A stretch of 64,000 nucleotides of DNA from Trueperaceae bacterium. GTDB taxonomy: Bacteria > Deinococcota > Deinococci > Deinococcales > Trueperaceae. Below, in pieces: positions 1 to 9,641 of the stretch (positions are counted from its first letter, which is position 1; the number at the start of each line of letters is the position of its first letter). The translations under genes were made by a program, and so were the position numbers. The DNA is taken from positions 1,472,001-1,536,000 of the forward strand of contig OZ243956.1 of NCBI GenBank assembly GCA_965214405.1, written 5' to 3'. The notes beneath the pieces were generated by a model. The model ran no database searches. It saw only the letters and a program-made list of their open reading frames with translations, and had not been told where the DNA came from.

Positions 1-951
1 CTCTGCTGTTTCCCGCAGAGGCTCGAGACTCCTCTCCGCCTCCTCGTCCCACACAACCTCCGCCGCTGTAACATTCGAGCGTACGTGCGCCTCGGTCGCC
101 GCGCCGCTCAGCACCACGTCGGCCCAGGGTTGGGCGAGCACAAAAGCGAGCGCGAGGGCGTCCACGGTGGTGTTGAGCCGTTTGGCTTGCGCCTTGAGGC
201 GCTCGAGCCCGTCTGCAAATTCAGGCGCGTCGTTACGTGTGGTCAACCGTCCGTTGGCGAGGGCTTCTTTAATAATGACGCCTAAGCCAGCGCCATGCGC
301 TTCAGCTAACGCGTCGCCTGCGGAACGCTCGAGCAGATTAAAGGTTGCCTGGACCGCGTCAAAAAGCCGTACTCCGTTCTTTGTGACAGTAAGCGCCTTG
401 TACAAAGTCTCCGCCTGCCGGGGGCCGCTCAGGGACAAGCCGATGCGGACGCCCTCGGTTTTGAGGCGCTCGAGTTCGTTGAGAACGTTTGTATTTTCAA
501 GCACGCCTGTCTCGAGGGTGGCTGAGTGGATTTGGTAAAGCTTGAGGTGCGCGCCCAACTGTTCCCGACTCTGTGCCCACTGCCGCGTGAGGACCTCGAG
601 CGAGTGCTCCTTGACCTCGTGCGTGTCGGCCTCGACTTGCCAGTCGGCGGTGTAGGTGTAGCCCCACTTCGAGCCGACGGTAAAAGGTTCTGTCAACTCA
701 CGCCCGCGCAACCAGCTTCCCAGAAATGCTTCCGCCAGACCGTACGAGCGCGCCGCGTCGAAGTAGCGCACGCCCGCCGCCCAGGCGGCGTCCAGAATGC
801 GGTGCGTCTGCCTCTCCATCGCCTCAACGTCGTACTGCGCCAAATCCTCGTCGTGCCCTAAGTTGATGTAACCGGGCCGCCCGAGCGCGGCGAGGCCCAA
901 ACCGATGGGGGATACGGGAAGGTTGGTTGAGCCCAACGTGCGCCTCTGCAT
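1..951 (-). CDS. Aldo/keto reductase (3' end runs off the window)
   Basis: Manual translation from ATG at 951: MQRRTLGSTNLPVSPIGLGLAALGRPGYINLGH...GVRYFDAARSYGLAEAFLG (AKR N-terminus, DxAxxYG motif). Absent from the ORF track because the stop lies outside the window. Confidence 0.88.
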   Translation of the reverse strand, partial: MQRRTLGSTNLPVSPIGLGLAALGRPGYINLGHDEDLAQYDVEAMERQTHRILDAAWAAGVRYFDAARSYGLAEAFLGSWLRGRELTEPFTVGSKWGYTYTADWQVEADTHEVKEHSLEVLTRQWAQSREQLGAHLKLYQIHSATLETGVLENTNVLNELERLKTEGVRIGLSLSGPRQAETLYKALTVTKNGVRLFDAVQATFNLLERSAGDALAEAHGAGLGVIIKEALANGRLTTRNDAPEFADGLERLKAQAKRLNTTVDALALAFVLAQPWADVVLSGAATEAHVRSNVTAAEVVWDEEAERSLEPLRETAE

Positions 952-1026
952 CCCCCACAGTACCTCTTGACGGCCCAATGTGCTGGGGCGTCATGTGATA
1001 AACGCGCGTGGAGCCTATCGTAGAGC

Positions 1027-2847
1027 ATGGCTTATTCCGATTTGCAGTCTTTTATTACCCAGTTAGAGCGTCGCGGCGAACTCTTGCGCGTAAGGGAACC
1101 CGTCTCGCACGCGCTGGAAATCACCGAAATCGCCGACCGCATGGTTAAAAGGGGCGGCCCGGCGCTCCTATTTGAGAACGTCCCTAGTAAAGACTTTCCG
1201 CTCGTCATCGGGCTTTACGGCACCCGCAAGCGGATGGCGCTGGCGCTCGGCGTCGAGGATTTGGACGATACTGGCGACCGCATCCGCGACCTTTTAGACG
1301 TCAAACTCGGCGGCGGGCTCTTGGGATTGGCCTCAAACCTGCCCAAACTCAAGGAACTCGCGGCGCTGCCCCCCAAACGCGTCCGCGGCGGCCCCGTCCA
1401 GGAAGTTGTCTGGCGCGGCGACGAAGTGGATTTGGGCCGCTTGCCCGTCCTAACGTGCTGGCCTGGCGACGGCGGTCCCTTTGTCACGCTGCCGCTGGTC
1501 ATCTCGAAACATCCCGAAACAGGTGAGGTCAATATCGGCATGTACCGGATGCAGGTCTATGACCGCAACACCACCGGGATGCACTGGCAGCGGCACAAGA
1601 CGGGGGCGCGACATTTGGAAGCGGCGAAAAGGTTGGGCCGAAGGCTCGAGGTGGCCGTCGCTTTAGGCGGCGACCCCGCCCTCACCTACGCCGCGACCGC
1701 GCCCTTGCCGCCCGTGCCCGGCATCAACGAGTTTTCGCTCACAGGTTTTTTACGGGGCAAATCTTTGGAACTCTGCAAAGGCGTCACGGTGGATTTAGAG
1801 GTGCCCGCGCAGGCGGAGTTTGTTTTGGAGGGCTACATCGACCCCGAAGAGCCCTGGCGCACCGAGGGACCCTTTGGCGACCACACCGGCTTTTACACAC
1901 TTCAAGACCTCTACCCCGTGTTTCACGTGACCGCCATCACCATGCGGCGCGACCCCGTCTACCCCGCGACCATCGTGGGCCGCCCGCCGATGGAAGACGC
2001 TTACCTCATCGAAGCTTCTGAACGCATTTTCCTCATCCCCGCTCAACTCATCCTGCCCGAGCTCGTGGACTACCACCTGCCGCCCGCGGGCATCGCGCAC
2101 AACCTCGTCAACATCGTCATCAAAAAAGAGTATCCGGGACAGGCTTACAAAGTCGCCAACGGGCTTTTGGGTTTGGGCCAAATGATGTTCGCCAAGGTTT
2201 TGCTCGTGACCGACGAAAGGGTAAAGCCGCAAGACCATCTCCCCTTCTGGCGCACGGTCTTAAAAAACGCGCTGCCGGGCCGCGACTCGCAGTTTGCCAA
2301 GGGACCTACCGACGTGCTCGATCACTCGAGCCGCGCCTGGAGCTACGGCTCAAAACTCATCATCGACGGCACCGTCAAGCACGAGGAGGAGGGCGTTCAA
2401 GAGCCGTGGCAGCCCAACCCGGAGCGGACGCAAGCCGAGCTGCCCCAGCACCCGGAGGTTGTCAAGCAACACCAAATCGCGGGCGGGTTTTGGTTTTTGA
2501 CCACCGAAAAAACGCGGGCAGGGCAGGGGCTCGAGCTTTGTGAATGGGCGCTCACCCAACCCCAGGCCGAGGGCGTGCGCCTCATCGCCGCGCTGGACCA
2601 TGAGACCGACCCCGCGGATTTCGAGGACTGCATCTGGACGCTTCTTAACAACATCGACCCCGAGCGCGACGTGAGGATTCAAGACGGCCCGAGCGGTCCT
2701 GTATTTCTGATGGACGGCACGCCCAAGCTGCGTGAGGAAGGTTTTACGCGCGACTGGCCCGAGAAAATCACCATGACGGACCCCGTCAAGCGCAAGGTGG
2801 ACGCGCTGATGCCCAAGATAGAGCGGGAGGTGGTGGGCTCGAGCTAA
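1027..2847 (+). CDS. UbiD-family (prFMN-dependent) decarboxylase, menaquinone-biosynthesis type
   Basis: YSDLQSFITQLERRGEL, NIGMYRMQ, EGPFGDHTGFY, GRPPMED motifs; 606 aa with a repeated C-terminal subdomain (NNIDPERD...DGTPK). Confidence 0.9.
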   Translation: MAYSDLQSFITQLERRGELLRVREPVSHALEITEIADRMVKRGGPALLFENVPSKDFPLVIGLYGTRKRMALALGVEDLDDTGDRIRDLLDVKLGGGLLGLASNLPKLKELAALPPKRVRGGPVQEVVWRGDEVDLGRLPVLTCWPGDGGPFVTLPLVISKHPETGEVNIGMYRMQVYDRNTTGMHWQRHKTGARHLEAAKRLGRRLEVAVALGGDPALTYAATAPLPPVPGINEFSLTGFLRGKSLELCKGVTVDLEVPAQAEFVLEGYIDPEEPWRTEGPFGDHTGFYTLQDLYPVFHVTAITMRRDPVYPATIVGRPPMEDAYLIEASERIFLIPAQLILPELVDYHLPPAGIAHNLVNIVIKKEYPGQAYKVANGLLGLGQMMFAKVLLVTDERVKPQDHLPFWRTVLKNALPGRDSQFAKGPTDVLDHSSRAWSYGSKLIIDGTVKHEEEGVQEPWQPNPERTQAELPQHPEVVKQHQIAGGFWFLTTEKTRAGQGLELCEWALTQPQAEGVRLIAALDHETDPADFEDCIWTLLNNIDPERDVRIQDGPSGPVFLMDGTPKLREEGFTRDWPEKITMTDPVKRKVDALMPKIEREVVGSS

Positions 2848-2848
2848 G

Positions 2849-3169
2849 CTATTCCTCTTCCGCCACGGGCAACCCGTCAATTTGGTCCAACACCTGCTCG
2901 ACCTCCTCGAACGTCTCCAAAATTCGCGGCCTTAGCAGCGCGCCCGAGTCCACGCCCTTGGTGGCTTTTTCGTTCGAGCAAATCTCGTAATCTTCGGGGC
3001 TGTCGCCAAAAAATAAGACGGGCTCGAGCAGCAAGCCTTCCCCGGTCTCCGCGCCCGGCGGCTGCTGGTAGATAACCGCGCCGTAGCCGTTGTCGCAGCG
3101 GTAGATGCGTTCGATGGGTCCGACGGTGCCGGTGCCGATGCTGCGTTCTTCAACCAAGTGATACGCCAT
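2849..3169 (-). CDS. Hypothetical protein (106 aa)
   Basis: Fills the gap between genes; TATAAT lies 6 nt upstream of the ATG; contains YRCDNGYGAV. Confidence 0.7.
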   Translation of the reverse strand: MAYHLVEERSIGTGTVGPIERIYRCDNGYGAVIYQQPPGAETGEGLLLEPVLFFGDSPEDYEICSNEKATKGVDSGALLRPRILETFEEVEQVLDQIDGLPVAEEE

Positions 3170-3230
3170 GCAAAGATTATAGTATGAGATTCGTTCGCAT
3201 TGTTCGTTTATGTTGGACCCTCGAGCACAC

Positions 3231-3863
3231 TCACCCCTTCGGCTGGAAGGTGAACACGCCGCCGCAGCTCGAGACCTGTTCGAAACGTCCCAAAAAGCCC
3301 GCCTCGCACGCTGCTAAGGCCTCGTCCGCTACCCAGTAGTATTCCGCGTCGTCCCAAACGTCACGCCACCGTGCGTGCGCCGCCTTGAAAATCTCTTCAT
3401 CCGGGAAAGCGATATCGGCAACCACTACCCTTCCATCACGTTTGAGATGTTGGGCGCAGCGGGTCAGGATGGACAGCTTCGCGTCTATGTCAAACTCGTG
3501 CAGCACATAAGACGAAACAATACGGTCAAATTGAGGAAGCGTGGGCCAGTCGCCTAGCAGGTCGGCCTGAAGAAAGGTCGCATTGGGGACATTTTCTCTG
3601 GCCTTGGCGAGCATCTGCAAGGAGAAGTCGAGGCCCCAGACCTCCGCCCCTAGCGCGGCAAAGTGGGCTGCTAAATTGCCCGTTCCCGTACCCAAATCGA
3701 GCACGTGCATAGGAGGTTCGGACAGGGCGGACTGAGGTGAAGCGCGCTGCACGACCCGCCTGAGCACCGCTTCATACCCCGCGAACGGAAACCCCTCTTC
3801 AGACGTGACGCCCGCGTTATAGTCCGCGGCCCAGGCGTCGAAAAGCTCAAGTCGGTCTTTCAT
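3231..3863 (-). CDS. Class I SAM-dependent methyltransferase
   Basis: VLDLGTGTG motif I, GLDFS, FDRIVSSYVLHE; start overlaps the vapC stop (ATGA). Confidence 0.88.
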   Translation of the reverse strand: MKDRLELFDAWAADYNAGVTSEEGFPFAGYEAVLRRVVQRASPQSALSEPPMHVLDLGTGTGNLAAHFAALGAEVWGLDFSLQMLAKARENVPNATFLQADLLGDWPTLPQFDRIVSSYVLHEFDIDAKLSILTRCAQHLKRDGRVVVADIAFPDEEIFKAAHARWRDVWDDAEYYWVADEALAACEAGFLGRFEQVSSCGGVFTFQPKG

Positions 3864-4246
3864 GCGCGCTCGAGGTCTGTGCGCGTAAAGTCGTCGCCGA
3901 TATAGAGGAGCGGCTTTCGGGCTACCTTAGCGGCAGCATAACTCAGGCAGTCACCGAAGTTGAGTTTGGCGGGATGTCTGCCCTTGCCAAAACGGACAAA
4001 GGCGCGAACCGCTTCCCGCCAGTGAGCATCGGAAAACGCCACGACGCTCACTGTGTGGATGTTCAGAAAGTCCGCTAGGATAGTTTCTGCATTTGTCTTT
4101 AACCGCGAAGTCAAAACGAGTCCCGCTTCCGTCAACGTCGGCGCGCCCACACCCTTGACATCTGCTTTGTAAAGCTTGCGAAGCAAAACGTCAGCGTCAT
4201 CCTCCCCGAGAAGCACGGCAACGATAGCGGAGGTATCGAGAATCAT
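3860..4246 (-). CDS. vapC: VapC PIN-domain toxin
   Basis: MILDTSAIVAVL and GKGRHPAKLNFGDCLSYA...LLYIGDDF PIN signature. Confidence 0.93.
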   Translation of the reverse strand: MILDTSAIVAVLLGEDDADVLLRKLYKADVKGVGAPTLTEAGLVLTSRLKTNAETILADFLNIHTVSVVAFSDAHWREAVRAFVRFGKGRHPAKLNFGDCLSYAAAKVARKPLLYIGDDFTRTDLERA

Positions 4247-4519
4247 TCAAAAACCCTCGGGGCCGTAACCTAATATTTCGTCCTGCTCCTCCTGGGATAT
4301 GCCCTTACCACGCACTGAGTCGGGAATTTTGGACCATATCCTCTCTTCCATAAGCGCCATCAACGCTTCAAAGCTCCGTTCATCACCCTCTTGCAACTTG
4401 AGCCGCTCCTTGCGTTCCTCCAACGCCTTACGGATGGCTTGCGTCTTATTTTCTCCGGTCATCTTGCTAAGCTCAGCGGCCAACTTTTCGACTTCTGGGT
4501 TTTTAATGTTGAGAGCCAT
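4247..4519 (-). CDS. vapB: VapB antitoxin (Rv0623-like)
   Basis: MALNIKNPEVEKLAAELSKMTGENKTQAIRKAL...DEILGYGPEG, directly upstream of vapC; start moved to ATG 4519. Confidence 0.88.
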   Translation of the reverse strand: MALNIKNPEVEKLAAELSKMTGENKTQAIRKALEERKERLKLQEGDERSFEALMALMEERIWSKIPDSVRGKGISQEEQDEILGYGPEGF

Positions 4520-4710
4520 AAATGAATCATGACAGGTATGGTGTAAAACGTCAAATGTGGTGTAACAGTTCGTGTCCCCTTTTTTAAACCTTTCTCGAGC
4601 ACTTTTAAGGCGGTTGGTTAGATGCTTCTCTGACCCTTTTTCTACACCCGTCAATTCTTTTTTGGCGTGACCTCGAACTTTTTTAGAAGCGCGTTTGCTA
4701 TAATTCCCTT

Positions 4711-5097
4711 ATGAAGCGCCGAACCTCACAGCGGCGGGCTATCTTGCAGGCTTTGGAAGAGGCGCCCGGACCGCTCACGCCGCAGGAAGTGCTCGAGCAC
4801 GCGGGGCACCCGTTGGGATTGGCGACCGTTTACCGCAACCTAAACGCGCTCCAGGCGCGCGGCGAGGTGGTGGCGGTGCATCTGCCTGACGACAGCACGC
4901 GCTTTGAGCCCGCGGGGCGCGGTCATCATCACCATTTTTGCTGTTCACGCTGCGAGGGCGTGTTTGAACTCGCTGCCACCTGCCCCGTGGCGGGGCTCGA
5001 GGGCGTCACGCTGCCCGGCGGCTTTTTGGTCAAAGACCACGAGTTGACGCTCTACGGCCTCTGCCCGGCCTGCGGAAGCGCGGAAAGCGCCTCCTGA
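4711..5097 (+). CDS. Fur-family transcriptional regulator
   Basis: TSQRRAIL, LATVYRNL, HHHHFCCSRC and CPAC motifs; TATAAT 6 nt before the ATG. Confidence 0.92.
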   Translation: MKRRTSQRRAILQALEEAPGPLTPQEVLEHAGHPLGLATVYRNLNALQARGEVVAVHLPDDSTRFEPAGRGHHHHFCCSRCEGVFELAATCPVAGLEGVTLPGGFLVKDHELTLYGLCPACGSAESAS

Positions 5098-5227
5098 CTC
5101 CCACATATCACACACCTGTAAACCTACTGAAGCTTTCTGAAATTAGTGAGATTTTTGTAAGAGCCTCGCGTCATAATGAGAGTGAGAAGAGGATAGCCGC
5201 ACTTCGACCCCTACCCTAGGAGGCAGC

Positions 5228-6346
5228 ATGTTTCACGAATTTCAGGAGCCGCACCCTGTGGAGCCGGACGCGGGGGATTCCGCCCCCCACCGCGCGCTCG
5301 AGCCGGAGGCGAATACCGACCCGCGCGCCATGTCGCTCCTCATTATTGACGACGTCGAGGCGCAAGGCGTGCTCCTCAAGGGCATACTCCAGCGCGCGGG
5401 CTACCGCCACGTTCATTACCTCCGCGAGCCCTTGGAGGTGGCGGCCTACGCGCAGCAAAACCCGCCCGACCTGGTGCTGTTGGATTTGGTGATGCCCCAC
5501 ATGAGCGGGTTTCAGGTGATGGCGGTGCTTCAGGAGCTTTTTCCGGACGGGTATTTGCCTATTTTGATGCTCACATCCGACGACCGCAGGGAGGTTCGGC
5601 AAAAGGCGCTCGAGCTCGGCGCGACCGACTTTTTGCCCAAACCCTTCGACGCCGCCGAGGTGAGCTTGCGCGTGGCAAACCTTCTCAAGACGCGCGGGCT
5701 TTACGCGCAACTTCAGGAGCAAAACCGCACGCTAGAAGCCAAGATTGAAGAGAGGACTAAGCTGCTCGAGACGAGCCACATGGAAATGCTCACGCGCTTA
5801 GCGCGCGCCGCCGAATACCGCGATGAAGAGTCTAAAGAACACATTTGGCGCGTGGCCCGCACCGCCGAACTTATCGCGCGCGAACTCGGGCTGCCTGATG
5901 AACAGGCCGAGGTGCTCCTGCGCGCGGCGCGGCTTCACGACGTGGGCAAAATAGGCGTACCCGAGGGCATTTTGTATAAACCCGGCAAGCTTAGCGCCGC
6001 CGAGTTCGAAGTGGTCAAGGCGCACACCACGGTGGGCGCGCAACTCCTCTCGGGCGGTCAGTCCGCCATTCTCAAAATGGCGGAAACGATCGCGCTCACG
6101 CACCACGAACGCTGGGACGGCTCCGGTTATCCGCAGGGCCTTGAGGGTACGGCCATCCCCACCGAAGGCCGCATCATGGCGGTGGCGGACGCCTACGACG
6201 CCTTGACCCACGACCGCACCCACCGCCGCGCCTGGTCGGTTCAAGAGGCCGTGACCGAAATTAGTTTACAAAGCGGCAAGGCGTTCGACCCGGGGGTGGT
6301 CGAGGCTTTTTTGAGCCTTTACGAGCGCGGCGTATTGGCCTTTTAG
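5228..6346 (+). CDS. Response regulator with HD-GYP domain (RpfG-like cyclic dinucleotide phosphodiesterase)
   Basis: REC domain (IIDD, LLDLVMP, KPF) plus LHDVGKIG and HHERWDGSGYP; AGGAGG RBS. Confidence 0.92.
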   Translation: MFHEFQEPHPVEPDAGDSAPHRALEPEANTDPRAMSLLIIDDVEAQGVLLKGILQRAGYRHVHYLREPLEVAAYAQQNPPDLVLLDLVMPHMSGFQVMAVLQELFPDGYLPILMLTSDDRREVRQKALELGATDFLPKPFDAAEVSLRVANLLKTRGLYAQLQEQNRTLEAKIEERTKLLETSHMEMLTRLARAAEYRDEESKEHIWRVARTAELIARELGLPDEQAEVLLRAARLHDVGKIGVPEGILYKPGKLSAAEFEVVKAHTTVGAQLLSGGQSAILKMAETIALTHHERWDGSGYPQGLEGTAIPTEGRIMAVADAYDALTHDRTHRRAWSVQEAVTEISLQSGKAFDPGVVEAFLSLYERGVLAF

Positions 6347-6566
6347 TCCGACCTCGTCTGACCGTCAGCGTCCAAATATGTTTTCAAGGCATATTAAAAC
6401 CTATCTTTGACGCATAGGCTCGAGGCGCTTCTCAAGCCACAACCGTATCGGTTCGGATAAAGAGCTCGTTCTTATGTACTTTTGTAGACCCTCACTCCTA
6501 TGGGGGATGGCTGCGCAGCCATCCTCTTCGGTAGGCGCAAGCAACACCACCTTCACATCGCCGCCT

Positions 6567-9500
6567 CTACTGCACCCTCACCTGAAACCTGGCCTCGCCC
6601 GCGGCGTTCGGGGCCAGCACACCGGGACTAGCCAGGCTGCACGGAGAGGCGACGGCTGCGTTCTTAAAGTCCACCCTGACCTCGCCCGCGCCCGCCTCCA
6701 AATACACGAGCGTTCCGTTCGGACATACCAGGCGCACCTCGCTGGCGTTCGGGTACACGTCTCGCACCAGAGCGGTATAAGAGGGCACGGTGTCAGACAG
6801 CACCGCGTCGGAAATGGAGGGGCCGAAGAGCTTATAGGCCACGCGGTAAACGAGCACCTCGCCGGGCGAGACGCTCAAGGCTTGGCTGGCGGTGTCGCTA
6901 AAGGCCGCGGCGGCGTCGCAAGCGCCCTCGCTGGTGAGTCTGCAAACCGACTTGGACAGCTTGAGGCCGCTGATGGTGACGCCCAGAGACTTCTGGTCGT
7001 CCTCGGTCGCCACGTTGTTGTTGGGCGTTGAGTTCGGGTCGGGCTGGTCGGCGGCGGTCACTTGCGCGGTATTGCTAACGGTCACGCCGAACAAGTCGCG
7101 GTTGTACGTGATGTCGAGAGGGACTTTGAGCGTTTCGGGTGCGCCCACGGCCACCGCGCCCAGGGTGCAGGTCACGTTCACGCCACTCACCGCACACGCT
7201 TCGCTGCCGTCGCCGCCCGAGACGCTTACGTTGGCCGCGTCTACCGTCACGCCCGCGGGGAGGCTCGAGAACACGTCTCCCACTTTCACGCCCGTCGCCC
7301 CGAGGGGTCCCGCGTTGGTGACCGTGACGCCATAAACGACCCTTGTTGTGGCTCCTACTTTGGGGACAGGATAGGGCTTATCCACCGTTTTGGTGAGTGA
7401 GAGGTCGGCGTTTACCGCCACGGGATTAACGGCGGCGTTGCTGCTCTTGGAGGCGGTTTGGTCGCTCGCAGCGGAGGCGACGTTCTCTATCTGCGTGACC
7501 GTCGGGGACGGGTTCACTTTTGCCTGAAAAGTCACCTTGGCCGACGCGCCCACGGCCAGGTAGAGGCCGCTCGCCACCGCGGGGGGCGCACCCCCCGCGG
7601 TGGCGGCAGGCGTTTGGGGTTTTTTGAACGAGACCTGAATGTCGTCGATAAACATTTGCCTGGTCACGCTGCTCGGCACGCCGCTCGAGGAGCCCTGGCC
7701 GATAAAACGGATTTGGGTGGCGCTCGAGGCGTACGCCCCAAGGTCAAAACTCTGCGTTATTTGCGCGCCGTCGTCGGCGTTGAGCGGATAGGCGGCCAGG
7801 CGCTGCCAGCTCGAGCCGCCGTTTGAAGAGACCTCTAAGTAAACGAGGCCCGTCGCGCCCGTCGCGCGGCGGCGGTAGGTAAAACTCAGGGTTGCCGATG
7901 ACGCCCCGCTAAGGTCCACGCCGCGCCGCAGGCCTTTGTTACCCAAAGGCACGTTTTGCGCGTCAAAGGTTAAGCAGGTGCCCGCCGCGCAAAGCGCGCT
8001 CGAGCCCACCCGCACCACGCCCGCACTCACCCCGTCGGATTCGCCCAGCTCGGTCCACGCGCCGCTCCAGTTCGCGGTGCCGTTGTTGCCGCCGTAACTC
8101 GCCGTGGTAAATTCGTCGCGCACGGTGCCCGACTGAACGGGCGGCGCGCTCACCTGGGCGCTGTTGGCGACGTAGGTGGTGCCTGCCGGAAGCGCGTCTT
8201 TGACGTTCACGTTTGAGAGCGGCACGTTGCCCGTGTTGCTCACGTTGACGGTGTAGGTAAGCGTGTCACCGGGCGCGACCGCGCCGCTCTTGTCGGCGGT
8301 TTTAGAAACCGAGAGCGACGGGTTGGGCGGGGCGACGGGCCTTACGCTCGCCAAAGCGCGGTTGTTGGCGGTGTTTCTGTCGTTACCGTTAAAAGTGACG
8401 AGCGCGCTGTTGGTGATGGTTGACCCGGCGGTTCCGCCATTAACGCGCGCGCGAACCGTAAAGCTCTTCGAACCCCCCGGCGCGAGGGTGCCCAAAAAGC
8501 AACTCGGCACGCCCGTTGTCCCCTCGCAACCGCTCGTACTAAGAACGGTAAGCCCCGCGGGAAACGCGTCTTTGACGGTGACGCTCGGTGCGGTGCCGGG
8601 GCCTGTGTTGGTCACGGTCATCGTGTAAAGAACTTCGGAACCCTCCACCGGCGTCGCCTTGTCGACCGATTTGGCGAGCGACACGTCGGCCACGTCCATA
8701 AACACGAGCGGCAATCGGTTGCCCGCGCCGTCATTGGCCTCGACAACGAGCTGATTGCCCGCGGTGAGGTTCGTTAGGCGCATCGTCCACCAGCCGTACG
8801 AGTTATTGATCGCTACACTGTCCGCGCCACTGTTGACGGTGCCTCCGCCGTTCCAGGTTCCGTTACCTGACGCCGCGCCGTTCACAGCGGTGCCGTCGGG
8901 GCGGATGTACATGACAGAGGCGTTACCGTCAACATCAAAGTTTCTGAGCTGAAGGGGACTTGCAGCGCCCACGGGAACAAGAAAATAAAGGTTGATGGTC
9001 TGCTGAACCGACTGCTGGATGGAGCTTTGGTACTGCCCGACAACCAGCGGGAAAGAGCCCGAGGACATCGTAAAGGTAAAAGAATTGTCGTCGTCGTTGA
9101 GGTTTGCTGTGGTCACACCGCTAATCGGAAACGCGCCCGTTTCGCTCGTGAGCTGATAGGTGCCCGCCGCGGTGAAGGTGTAGGTGAAAGTCGCGGTGTC
9201 GGGCGAGCTCGAGTCGAACGTCTGCCTTTTGAGAAGGGCGGGGTCGGACGCGCTGCCGGGATTACAGCGCGCGCTGCATAGAGCAAACCGCGTGGGGTCG
9301 CTCGCGCCGCCGCCCACTTCGTCAGCGCCTCCGGTGCGGCTCTTCGGGTCGTTGACCGTCAGCGTGACCGCGCCGCCCGCGTCGGTCAATTGCTCCTGGG
9401 TCACCTCAATAACGAAGCGGTGAACCCGGTCCGTGCTGCTGCTGTCTTTGGTTGTGTACCAGTCGCCAATGGTCGCCGGACGTTCGCGCCCGCTCGTCTG

Positions 9501-9641
9501 AAAGTAGAGGTTGGGCGTTGAGGGGACGGTCTGCGCGTGGGCGGCAGTCCCTAGACACAGCGCCAGCATGAGCCACGCCAAAAGGTGACCAAAAGGCGGA
9601 ACACAGGCTGCGAGGTGTTTAGAGGGACTTAAAGCCTTCAC
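6567..9641 (-). CDS. Secreted multi-DUF11 protein; predicted filament tip/adhesin
   Basis: Signal peptide (...AAHA-Q); unique N-terminal domain; three complete DUF11 repeats (LxKxxDK...YxxxVxNxG...D...NxA); final repeat truncated at ARFQVRVQ-stop. Confidence 0.8.
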   Translation of the reverse strand: MKALSPSKHLAACVPPFGHLLAWLMLALCLGTAAHAQTVPSTPNLYFQTSGRERPATIGDWYTTKDSSSTDRVHRFVIEVTQEQLTDAGGAVTLTVNDPKSRTGGADEVGGGASDPTRFALCSARCNPGSASDPALLKRQTFDSSSPDTATFTYTFTAAGTYQLTSETGAFPISGVTTANLNDDDNSFTFTMSSGSFPLVVGQYQSSIQQSVQQTINLYFLVPVGAASPLQLRNFDVDGNASVMYIRPDGTAVNGAASGNGTWNGGGTVNSGADSVAINNSYGWWTMRLTNLTAGNQLVVEANDGAGNRLPLVFMDVADVSLAKSVDKATPVEGSEVLYTMTVTNTGPGTAPSVTVKDAFPAGLTVLSTSGCEGTTGVPSCFLGTLAPGGSKSFTVRARVNGGTAGSTITNSALVTFNGNDRNTANNRALASVRPVAPPNPSLSVSKTADKSGAVAPGDTLTYTVNVSNTGNVPLSNVNVKDALPAGTTYVANSAQVSAPPVQSGTVRDEFTTASYGGNNGTANWSGAWTELGESDGVSAGVVRVGSSALCAAGTCLTFDAQNVPLGNKGLRRGVDLSGASSATLSFTYRRRATGATGLVYLEVSSNGGSSWQRLAAYPLNADDGAQITQSFDLGAYASSATQIRFIGQGSSSGVPSSVTRQMFIDDIQVSFKKPQTPAATAGGAPPAVASGLYLAVGASAKVTFQAKVNPSPTVTQIENVASAASDQTASKSSNAAVNPVAVNADLSLTKTVDKPYPVPKVGATTRVVYGVTVTNAGPLGATGVKVGDVFSSLPAGVTVDAANVSVSGGDGSEACAVSGVNVTCTLGAVAVGAPETLKVPLDITYNRDLFGVTVSNTAQVTAADQPDPNSTPNNNVATEDDQKSLGVTISGLKLSKSVCRLTSEGACDAAAAFSDTASQALSVSPGEVLVYRVAYKLFGPSISDAVLSDTVPSYTALVRDVYPNASEVRLVCPNGTLVYLEAGAGEVRVDFKNAAVASPCSLASPGVLAPNAAGEARFQVRVQ

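Noticed and set aside
85..861. Three plus-strand ORFs in the track
   Set aside because: Shadows of the minus-strand aldo/keto reductase, which has clear motifs.
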